Assembly: GCA_964057225.1 (NCBI GenBank)
Contig: OZ059895.1
Location: forward strand, 19,592,001 to 19,656,000
Length of the DNA: 64,000 nucleotides
Source: Auanema rhodensis
Lineage: Eukaryota; Animalia; Nematoda
Reading direction: 5' to 3'
The notes under the pieces are model-generated. The model was not told the DNA's origin, made no database searches, and worked only from the letters and a program-made list of their open reading frames with translations. This document shows, one piece after another, positions 52,201 through 64,000 of the stretch. The position numbers and the translations under genes were made by a program. The stretch's first letter is position 1, and every line of letters begins with the position of its first letter.

Positions 52201-55200
52201 ACACTTATATCCTCGATTTTCACCCTGAAGAATTAATTTTTTCGTTGAATAACATTGTCCATCGTCTTTGCCTTAAAAAAAGGAATCTAAAAACATCTAC
52301 TTTTTGATAAATTATTCTAAAATTTTTCGAAAAAATTTTTGTCAAAATGTTTTTGGAAGCAATGTTGAGTGTACATGGAAACTCAACATACACTAATGCA
52401 TCATTTTTTAAACGATCATAACTAATTTTTGTATTAAGCGTTTCTCAATGTAGTATAGTGCATTCGATGCGGATTTTTAAGCTGCGTCGATCTGTGTTAT
52501 CAGATTTGCGCTAGCTTAAAAATGCACCGAGATATCAACTGATATAAGTTCACACTTATATCCTCGATTTTCACCCTGAAGAATTAATTTTTTCGTTGAG
52601 TAACATTGTCCATCGTCTTTGCCTTAAAAAAAGGAATCTAAAAACATCTACTTTTTGATAAATTATTTTAAAATTTTTCGAAAAAATTTTTGTCAAAATG
52701 TTTTTGGAAGCAATGTTGAGTGTACATGGAAACTCAACATACACTAATGCATCATTTTTTAAACGATCATAACTAATTTTTTTATTAAGCGTTTTTCAAT
52801 GTAGTATAGTGCATTCGATGCGGATTTTTAAGCTTCGTCGATCTGTGTTATCAGATTTGCGCTAGCTTAAAAATGCACCGAGATATCAACTGATATAAGT
52901 TCACACTTATATCCTCGATTTTCACCCTGAAGAATTAATTTTTTCGTTGAATAACATTGTCCATCGTCTTTGCCTTAAAAAAAGGAATCTAAAAACATCT
53001 ACTTTTTGATGAATTATTTTAAAATTTTTCGAAAAAATTTTTGTCAAAATGTTTTTGGAAGCAATGTTGAGTGTACATGGAAACTCAACATACACTAATG
53101 CATCATTTTTCAAACGATCATAACTAATTTTTGTATTAAGCGTTTCTCAATGTAGTATAGTGCATTCGATGCGGATTTTTAAGCTGCGTCGATCTGTGTT
53201 ATCAGATTTGCGCTAGCTTAAAAATGCACCGAGATATCAACTGATATAAGTTCACACTTATATCCTCGATTTTCACCCTGAAGAATTAATTTTTTCGTTG
53301 AGTAACATTGTCCATCGTCTTTGCCTTAAAAAAAGGAATCTAAAAACATCTACTTTTTGATAAATTATTCTAAAATTTTTCGAAAAAATTTTTGTCAAAA
53401 TGTTTTTGGAAGCAATGTTGAGTGTACATGGAAACTCAACATACACTAATGCATCATTTTTTAAACGATCATAACTAATTTTTGTATTAAGCGTTTCTCA
53501 ATGTAGTATAGTGCATTCGATGCGGATTTTTAAGCTGCGTCGATCTGTGTTATCAGATTTGCGCTAGCTTAAAAATGCACCGAGATATCAACTGATATAA
53601 GTTCACACTTATATCCTCGATTTTCACCCTGAAGAATTAATTTTTTCGTTGAGTAACATTGTCCATCGTCTTTGCCTTAAAAAAAGGAATCTAAAAACAT
53701 CTACTTTTTGATAAATTATTTTAAAATTTTTCGAAAAAATTTTTGTCAAAATGTTTTTGGAAGCAATGTTGAGTGTACATGGAAACTCAACATACACTAA
53801 TGCATCATTTTTTAAACGATCATAACTAATTTTTTTATTAAGCGTTTTTCAATGTAGTATAGTGCATTCGATGCGGATTTTTAAGCTTCGTCGATCTGTG
53901 TTATCAGATTTGCGCTAGCTTAAAAATGCACCGAGATATCAACTGATATAAGTTCACACTTATATCCTCGATTTTCACCCTGAAGAATTAATTTTTTCGT
54001 TGAATAACATTGTCCATCGTCTTTGCCTTAAAAAAAGGAATCTAAAAACATCTACTTTTTGATGAATTATTTTAAAATTTTTCGAAAAAATTTTTGTCAA
54101 AATGTTTTTGGAAGCAATGTTGAGTGTACATGGAAACTCAACATACACTAATGCATCATTTTTCAAACGATCATAACTAATTTTTGTATTAAGCGTTTCT
54201 CAATGTAGTGTAGTGCATTCGATGCGGATTTTTAAGCTGCGTCGATCTGTGTTATCAGATTTGCGCTAGCTTAAAAATGCACCGAGATATCAACTGTTAT
54301 AAGTTCACACTTATATCCTCGATTTTCACCCTGAAGAATTAATTTTTTCGTTGAATAACATTGTCCATCGTCTTTGCCTTAAAAAAAGGAATCTAAAAAC
54401 ATCTACTTTTTGATGAATTATTTTAAAATTTTTCGAAAAAATTTTTGTCAAAATGTTTTTGGAAGCAATGTTGAGTGTACATGGAAACTCAACATACACT
54501 AATGCATCATTTTTCAAACGATCATAACTAATTTGTGTATTAAGCGTTTCTCAATGTAGTGTAGTGCATTCGATGCGGATTTTTAAGCTGCGTCGATCTG
54601 TGTTATCAGATTTGCGCTAGCTTAAAAATGCACCGAGATATCAACTGATATAAGTTCACACTTATATCCTCGATTTTCACCCTGAAGAATTAATTTTTTC
54701 GTTGAATAACATTGTCCATCGTCTTTGCCTTAAAAAAAGGAATCTAAAAACATCTACTTTTTGATGAATTATTTTAAAATTTTTCGAAAAAATTTTTGTC
54801 AAAATGTTTTTGGAAGCAATGTTGAGTGTACATGGAAACTCAACATACACTAATGCATCATTTTTTAAACGATCATAACTAATTTTTTTATTAAGCGTTT
54901 TTCAATGTAGTATAGTGCATTCGATGCGGATTTTTAAGCTTCGTCGATCTGTGTTATCAGATTTGCGCTAGCTTAAAAATGCACCGAGATATCAACTGAT
55001 ATAAGTTCACACTTATATCCTCGATTTTCACCCTGAAGAATTAATTTTTTCGTTGAATAACATTGTCCATCGTCTTTGCCTTAAAAAAAGGAATCTAAAA
55101 ACATCTACTTTTTGATAAATTATTCTAAAATTTTTCGAAAAAATTTTTGTCAAAATGTTTTTGGAAGCAATGTTGAGTGTACATGGAAACTCAACATACA

Positions 55201-58200
55201 CTAATGCATCATTTTTTAAACGATCATAACTAATTTTTGTATTAAGCGTTTCTCAATGTAGTATAGTGCATTCGATGCGGATTTTTAAGCTGCGTCGATC
55301 TGTGTTATCAGATTTGCGCTAGCTTAAAAATGCACCGAGATATCAACTGATATAAGTTCACACTTATATCCTCGATTTTCACCCTGAAGAATTAATTTTT
55401 TCGTTGAGTAACATTGTCCATCGTCTTTGCCTTAAAAAAAGGAATCTAAAAACATCTACTTTTTGATAAATTATTTTAAAATTTTTCGAAAAAATTTTTG
55501 TCAAAATGTTTTTGGAAGCAATGTTGAGTGTACATGGAAACTCAACATACACTAATGCATCATTTTTTAAACGATCATAACTAATTTTTTTATTAAGCGT
55601 TTTTCAATGTAGTATAGTGCATTCGATGCGGATTTTTAAGCTTCGTCGATCTGTGTTATCAGATTTGCGCTAGCTTAAAAATGCACCGAGATATCAACTG
55701 ATATAAGTTCACACTTATATCCTCGATTTTCACCCTGAAGAATTAATTTTTTCGTTGAATAACATTGTCCATCGTCTTTGCCTTAAAAAAAGGAATCTAA
55801 AAACATCTACTTTTTGATGAATTATTTTAAAATTTTTCGAAAAAATTTTTGTCAAAATGTTTTTGGAAGCAATGTTGAGTGTACATGGAAACTCAACATA
55901 CACTAATGCATCATTTTTCAAACGATCATAACTAATTTTTGTATTAAGCGTTTCTCAATGTAGTGTAGTGCATTCGATGCGGATTTTTAAGCTGCGTCGA
56001 TCTGTGTTATCAGATTTGCGCTAGCTTAAAAATGCACCGAGATATCAACTGATATAAGTTCACACTTATATCCTCGATTTTCACCCTGAAGAATTAATTT
56101 TTTCGTTGAATAACATTGTCCATCGTCTTTGCCTTAAAAAAAGGAATCTAAAAACATCTACTTTTTGATGAATTATTTTAAAATTTTTCGAAAAAATTTT
56201 TGTCAAAATGTTTTTGGAAGCAATGTTGAGTGTACATGGAAACTCAACATACACTAATGCATCATTTTTCAAACGATCATAACTAATTTTTGTATTAAGC
56301 GTTTCTCAATGTAGTGTAGTGCATTCGATGCGGATTTTTAAGCTGCGTCGATCTGTGTTATCAGATTTGCGCTAGCTTAAAAATGCACCGAGATATCAAC
56401 TGTTATAAGTTCACACTTATATCCTCGATTTTCACCCTGAAGAATTAATTTTTTCGTTGAATAACATTGTCCATCGTCTTTGCCTTAAAAAAAGGAATCT
56501 AAAAACATCTACTTTTTGATGAATTATTTTAAAATTTTTCGAAAAAATTTTTGTCAAAATGTTTTTGGAAGCAATGTTGAGTGTACATGGAAACTCAACA
56601 TACACTAATGCATCATTTTTCAAACGATCATAACTAATTTGTGTATTAAGCGTTTCTCAATGTAGTGTAGTGCATTCGATGCGGATTTTTAAGCTGCGTC
56701 GATCTGTGTTATCAGATTTGCGCTAGCTTAAAAATGCACCGAGATATCAACTGATATAAGTTCACACTTATATCCTCGATTTTCACCCTGAAGAATTAAT
56801 TTTTTCGTTGAATAACATTGTCCATCGTCTTTGCCTTAAAAAAAGGAATCTAAAAACATCTACTTTTTGATGAATTATTTTAAAATTTTTCGAAAAAATT
56901 TTTGTCAAAATGTTTTTGGAAGCAATGTTGAGTGTACATGGAAACTCAACATACACTAATGCATCATTTTTCAAACGATCATAACTAATTTTTGTATTAA
57001 GCGTTTCTCAATGTAGTGTAGTGCATTCGATGCGGATTTTTAAGCTGCGTCGATCTGTGTTATCAGATTTGCGCTAGCTTAAAAATGCACCGAGATATCA
57101 ACTGATATAAGTTCACACTTATATCCTCGATTTTCACCCTGAAGAATTAATTTTTTCGTTGAATAACATTGTCCATCGTCTTTGCCTTAAAAAAAGGAAT
57201 CTAAAAACATCTACTTTTTGATAAATTATTTTAAAATTTTTCGAAAAAATTTTTGTCAAAATGTTTTTGGAAGCAATGTTGAGTGTACATGGAAACTCAA
57301 CATACACTAATGCATAATTTTTCAAACGATCATAACTAATTTTTGTATTAAGCGTTTCTCAATGTAGTATAGTGCATTCGATGCGGATTTTTAAGCTGCT
57401 GCGTCGATCTGTGTTATCAGATTTGCGCTAGCTTAAAAATGCACCGAGATATCAACTGATATAAGTTCACACTTATATCCTCGATTTTCACCCTGAAGAA
57501 TTAATTTTTTCGTTGAGTAACATTGTCCATCGTCTTTGCCTTAAAAAAAGGAATCTAAAAACATCTACTTTTTGATAAATTATTTTAAAATTTTTCGAAA
57601 AAATTTTTGTCAAAATGTTTTTGGAAGCAATGTTGAGTGTACATGGAAACTCAACATACACTAATGCATCATTTTTTAAACGATCATAACTGATTTTTCT
57701 ATTAAGCGTTTCTCAATGTAGTATAGTGCATTCGATGCGGATTTTTAAGCTGCGTCGATCTGTGTTATCAGATTTGCGCTAGCTTAAAAATGCACCGAGA
57801 TATCAACTGATATAAGTTCACACTTATATCCTCGATTTTCACCCTGAAGAATTAATTTTTTCGTTGAGTAACATTGTCCATCGTCTTTGCCTTAAAAAAA
57901 GGAATCTAAAAACGACTACTTTTTGATAAATTATTTTAAAATTTTTCGAAAAAATTTTTGTCAAAATGTTTTTGGAAGCAATGTTGAGTGTACATGGAAA
58001 CTCAACATACACTAATGCATCATTTTTTAAACGATCATAACTAATTTTTGTATTAAGCGTTTCTCAATGTAGTATAGTGCATTCGATGCGGATTTTTAAG
58101 CTGCGTCGATCTGTGTTATCAGATTTGCGCTAGCTTAAAAATGCACCGAGATATCAACTGATATAAGTTCACACTTATATCCTCGATTTTCACCCTGAAG

Positions 58201-61200
58201 AATTAATTTTTTCGTTGAATAACATTGTCCATCGTCTTTGCCTTAAAAAAAGGAATCTAAAAACATCTACTTTTTGATGAATTATTTTAAAATTTTTCGA
58301 AAAAATTTTTGTCAAAATGTTTTTGGAAGCAATGTTGAGTGTACATGGAAACTCAACATACACTAATGCATCATTTTTCAAACGATCATAACTAATTTTT
58401 GTATTAAGCGTTTCTCAATGTAGTGTAGTGCATTCGATGCGGATTTTTAAGCTGCGTCGATCTGTGTTATCAGATTTGCGCTAGCTTAAAAATGCACCGA
58501 GATATCAACTGATATAAGTTCACACTTATATCCTCGATTTTCACCCTGAAGAATTAATTTTTTCGTTGAATAACATTGTCCATCGTCTTTGCCTTAAAAA
58601 AAGGAATCTAAAAACATCTACTTTTTGATGAATTATTTTAAAATTTTTCGAAAAAATTTTTGTCAAAATGTTTTTGGAAGCAATGTTGAGTGTACATGGA
58701 AACTCAACATACACTAATGCATCATTTTTCAAACGATCATAACTAATTTTTGTATTAAGCGTTTCTCAATGTAGTGTAGTGCATTCGATGCGGATTTTTA
58801 AGCTGCGTCGATCTGTGTTATCAGATTTGCGCTAGCTTAAAAATGCACCGAGATATCAACTGATATAAGTTCACACTTATATCCTCGATTTTCACCCTGA
58901 AGAATTAATTTTTTCGTTGAATAACATTGTCCATCGTCTTTGCCTTAAAAAAAGGAATCTAAAAACATCTACTTTTTGATGAATTATTTTAAAATTTTTC
59001 AAAAAAATTTTTGTCAAAATGTTTTTGGAAGCAATGTTGAGTGTACATGGAAACTCAACATACACTAATGCATCATTTTTCAAACGATCATAACTAATTT
59101 TTGTATTAAGCGTTTCTCAATGTAGTGTAGTGCATTCGATGCGGATTTTTAAGCTGCGTCGATCTGTGTTATCAGATTTGCGCTAGCTTAAAAATGCACC
59201 GAGATATCAACTGATATAAGTTCACACTTATATCCTCGATTTTCACCCTGAAGAATTAATTTTTTCGTTGAATAACATTGTCCATCGTCTTTGCCTTAAA
59301 AAAAAGAATCTAAAAACATCTACTTTTTGATAAATTATTTTAAAATTTTTCGAAAAAATTTTTGTCAAAATGTTTTTGGAAGCAATGTTGAGTGTACATG
59401 GAAACTCAACATACACTAATGCATAATTTTTCAAACGATCATAACTAATTTTTGTATTAAGCGTTTCTCAATGTAGTATAGTGCATTCGATGCGGATTTT
59501 TAAGCTGCTGCGTCGATCTGTGTTATCAGATTTGCGCTAGCTTAAAAATGCACCGAGATATCAACTGATATAAGTTCACACTTATATCCTCGATTTTCAC
59601 CCTGAAGAATTAATTTTTTCGTTGAGTAACATTGTCCATCGTCTTTGCCTTAAAAAAAGGAATCTAAAAACATCTACTTTTTGATAAATTATTTTAAAAT
59701 TTTTCGAAAAAATTTTTGTCAAAATGTTTTTGGAAGCAATGTTGAGTGTACATGGAAACTCAACATACACTAATGCATCATTTTTTAAACGATCATAACT
59801 GATTTTTCTATTAAGCGTTTCTCAATGTAGTATAGTGCATTCGATGCGGATTTTTAAGCTGCGTCGATCTGTGTTATCAGATTTGCGCTAGCTTAAAAAT
59901 GCACCGAGATATCAACTGATATAAGTTCACACTTATATCCTCGATTTTCACCCTGAAGAATTAATTTTTTCGTTGAGTAACATTGTCCATCGTCTTTGCC
60001 TTAAAAAAAGGAATCTAAAAACATCTACTTTTTGATAAATTAATTTAAAATTTTTCGAAAAAATTTTTGTCAAAATGTTTTTGGAAGCAATGTTGAGTGT
60101 ACATGGAAACTCAACATACACTAATGCATCATTTTTTAAACGATCATAACTAATTTTTTTATTAAGCGTTTTTCAATGTAGTATAGTGCATTCGATGCGG
60201 ATTTTTAAGCTGCGTCGATCTGTGTTATCAGATTTGCGCTAGCTTAAAAATGCACCGAGATATCAACTGATATAAGTTCACACTTATATCCTCGATTTTC
60301 ACCCTGAAGAATTAATTTTTTCGTTGAATAACATTGTCCATCGTCTTTGCCTTGAAAAAAGGAATCTAAAAACATCTACTTTTTGATAAATTATTTTAAA
60401 ATTTTTCGAAAAAATTTTTGTCAAAATGTTTTTGGAAGCAATGTTGAGTGTACATGGAAACTCAACATACACTAATGCATCATTTTTCAAACGATCATAA
60501 CTAATTTTTCTATAAAGCGTTTCTCAATGTAGTATAGTGCATTCGATGCGGATTTTTAAGCTGCGTCGATCTGTGTTATCAGATTTGCGCTAGCTTAAAA
60601 ATGCACCGAGATATCAACTGATATAAGTTCACACATATATCCTCGATTTTCACCCTGAAGAATTAATTTTTTCGTTGAGTAACATTGTCCATCGTCTTTG
60701 CCTTAAAAAAAGGAATCTAAAAACATCTACTTTTTGATAAATTATTTTAAAATTTTTCGAAAAAATTTTTGTCAAAATGTTTTTGGAAGCAATGTTGAGT
60801 GTACATGGAAACTCAACATACACTAATGCATCATTTTTCAAACGATCATAACTAATTTTTGTATTAAGCGTTTCTCAATGTAGTGTAGTGCATTCGATGC
60901 GGATTTTTAAGCTGCGTCGATCTGTGTTATCAGATTTGCGCTAGCTTAAAAATGCACCGAGATATCAACTGATATATGTTCACACTTATATCCTCGATTT
61001 TCACCCTGAAGAATTAATTTTTTCGTTGAATAACATTGTCCATCGTCTTTGCCTTAAAAAAAGGAATCTAAAAACATCTACTTTTTGATAAATTATTCTA
61101 AAATTTTTCGAAAAAATTTTTGTCAAAATGTTTTTGGAAGCAATGTTGAGTGTACATGGAAACTCAACATACACTAATGCATCATTTTTTAAACGATCAT

Positions 61201-64000
61201 AACTAATTTTTTTATTAAGCGTTTTTCAATGTAGTATAGTGCATTCGATGCGGATTTTTAAGCTGCGTCGATCTGTGTTATCAGATTTGCGCTAGCTTAA
61301 AAATGCACCGAGATATCAACTGATATAAGTTCACACTTATATCCTCGATTTTCACCCTGAAGAATTAATTTTTTCGTTGAATAACATTGTCCATCGTCTT
61401 TGCCTTAAAAAAAGGAATCTAAAAACATCTACTTTTTGATAAATTACTTTAAAATTTTTCGAAAAAATTTTTGTCAAAATGTTTTTGGAAGCAATGTTGA
61501 GTGTACATGGAAACTCAACATACACTAATGCATCATTTTTTAAACGATCATAACTAATTTTTTTATTAAGCGTTTTTCAATGTAGTATAGTGCATTCGAT
61601 GCGGATTTTTAAGCTGCGTCGATCTGTGTTATCAGATTTGCGCTAGCTTAAAAATGCACCGAGATATCAACTGATATAAGTTCACACTTATATCCTCGAT
61701 TTTCACCCTGAAGAATTAATTTTTTCGTTGAATAACATTGTCCATCGTCTTTGCCTTAAAAAAAGGAATCTAAAAACATCTACTTTTTGATGAATTATTT
61801 TAAAATTTTTCGAAAAAATTTTTGTCAAAATGTTTTTGGAAGCAATGTTGAGTGTACATGGAAACTCAACATACACTAATGCATCATTTTTCAAACGATC
61901 ATAACTAATTTTTGTATTAAGCGTTTCTCAATGTAGTGTAGTGCATTCGATGCGGATTTTTAAGCTGCGTCGATCTGTGTTATCAGATTTGCGCTAGCTT
62001 AAAAATGCACCGAGATATCAACTGATATATGTTCACACTTATATCCTCGATTTTCACCCTGAAGAATTAATTTTTTCGTTGAATAACATTGTCCATCGTC
62101 TTTGCCTTAAAAAAAGGAATCTAAAAACATCTACTTTTTGATAAATTATTCTAAAATTTTTCGAAAAAATTTTTGTCAAAATGTTTTTGGAAGCAATGTT
62201 GAGTGTACATGGAAACTCAACATACACTAATGCATCATTTTTTAAACGATCATAACTAATTTTTTTATTAAGCGTTTTTCAATGTAGTATAGTGCATTCG
62301 ATGCGGATTTTTAAGCTGCGTCGATCTGTGTTATCAGATTTGCGCTAGCTTAAAAATGCACCGAGATATCAACTGATATAAGTTCACACTTATATCCTCG
62401 ATTTTCACCCTGAAGAATTAATTTTTTCGTTGAATAACATTGTCCATCGTCTTTGCCTTAAAAAAAGGAATCTAAAAACATCTACTTTTTGATAAATTAC
62501 TTTAAAATTTTTCGAAAAAATTTTTGTCAAAATGTTTTTGGAAGCAATGTTGAGTGTACATGGAAACTCAACATACACTAATGCATCATTTTTCAAACGA
62601 TCATAACTAATTTTTGTATTAAGCGTTTCTCAATGTAGTGTAGTGCATTCGATGCGGATTTTTAAGCTGCGTCGATCTGTGTTATCAGATTTGCGCTAGC
62701 TTAAAAATGCACCGAGATATCAACTGATATAAGTTCACACTTATATCCTCGATTTTCACCCTGAAGAATTAATTTTTTCGTTGAATAACATTGTCCATCG
62801 TCTTTGCCTTAAAAAAAGGAATCTAAAAACATCTACTTTTTGATAAATTATTTTAAAATTTTTCGAAAAAATTTTTGTCAAAATGTTTTTGGAAGCAATG
62901 TTGAGTGTACATGGAAACTCAACATACACTAATGCATCATTTTTTAAACGATCATAACTAATTTTTTTATTAAGCGTTTTTCAATGTAGTATAGTGCATT
63001 CGATGCGGATTTTTAAGCTGCGTCGATCTGTGTTATCAGATTTGCGCTAGCTTAAAAATGCACCGAGATATCAACTGATATAAGTTCACACTTATATCCT
63101 CGATTTTCACCCTGAAGAATTAATTTTTTCGTTGAATAACATTGTCCATCGTCTTTGCCTTGAAAAAAGGAATCTAAAAACATCTACTTTTTGATAAATT
63201 ATTTTAAAATTTTTCGAAAAAATTTTTGTCAAAATGTTTTTGGAAGCAATGTTGAGTGTACATGGAAACTCAACATACACTAATGCATCATTTTTCAAAC
63301 GATCATAACTAATTTTTCTATAAAGCGTTTCTCAATGTAGTATAGTGCATTCGATGCGGATTTTTAAGCTGCGTCGATCTGTGTTATCAGATTTGCGCTA
63401 GCTTAAAAATGCACCGAGATATCAACTGATATAAGTTCACACTTATATCCTCGATTTTCACCCTGAAGAATTAATTTTTTCGTTGAATAACATTGTCCAT
63501 CGTCTTTGCCTTAAAAAAAGGAATCTAAAAACATCTACTTTTTGATGAATTATTTTAAAATTTTTCGAAAAAATTTTTGTCAAAATGTTTTTGGAAGCAA
63601 TGTTGAGTGTACATGTAAACTCAACATACACTAATGCATCATTTTTCAAACGATCATAACTAATTTTTGTATTAAGCGTTTTTCAATGTAGTATAGTGCA
63701 TTCGATGCGGATTTTTAAGCTGCGTCGATCTGTGTTATCAGATTTGCGCTAGCTTAAAAATGCACCGAGATATCAACTGATATAAGTTCACACTTATATC
63801 CTCAATTTTCACCCTGAAGAATTAATTTTTTCGTTGAATAACATTGTCCATCGTCTTTGCCTTAAAAAAAGGAATCTAAAAACATCTACTTTTTGATAAA
63901 TTACTTTAAAATTTTTCGAAAAAATTTTTGTCAAAATGTTTTTGGAAGCAATGTTGAGTGTACATGGAAACTCAACATACACTAATGCATCATTTTTTAA
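25271..64000 (-). repeat. 351-bp tandem satellite main array (~110 copies, open at right window edge)
   Basis: Reverse complement of the 24120-25264 unit repeated with 351-bp period (ORF-track copies 25544, 25895, 26246...). Only rare indels (-1 near 29151 and 46460; +3 CTG near 49673, 57397, 59506). Monomer is ~31% GC by hand count. Confidence 0.99.

Noticed and set aside
24205-63649. About 77 copies of a 63-aa ORF (MKNDALVYVEF...)
   Set aside because: It starts at TTG, has F/K/I/N-rich composition dictated by A/T tracts, and has no recognisable domain. About a third of monomers lose it through TTG>TTA, nonsense or frameshift variants, and most variants change amino acids. It is a by-product of the satellite; Ribo-seq or proteomics would be needed to revive it.
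1-64000. CRISPR array or other repeat-spacer system
   Set aside because: Units are identical along their full length; there are no unique spacers and no cas genes.

Overview
The window is entirely AT-rich (about 31-32% GC) eukaryotic-type satellite DNA. I found no credible gene, RNA gene, CRISPR array or autonomous transposon. It has three blocks: (1) about 137 copies of a 176-bp monomer (1-24119); (2) about 3.3 copies of a different 351-bp monomer in one orientation (24120-25264); (3) about 110 copies of the same 351-bp monomer in the opposite orientation (25271-64000). The 63-aa ORFs are a by-product of the 351-bp repeat. The most informative part is the boundary between arrays. The 176/351 junction is blunt and falls inside the 6-nt loop of a ~67-nt imperfect inverted repeat formed at every 351-bp monomer boundary, which gives the monomer TIR-like ends. 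The short forward block is a fold-back copy of the adjacent reverse array: it shares private variants, forms a ~2.4-kb quasi-palindrome, and has an 8-bp local duplication at the turn. Both arrays carry layered higher-order duplications. Centromeric or pericentromeric function and organism of origin are inferences; I do not recognise either monomer.
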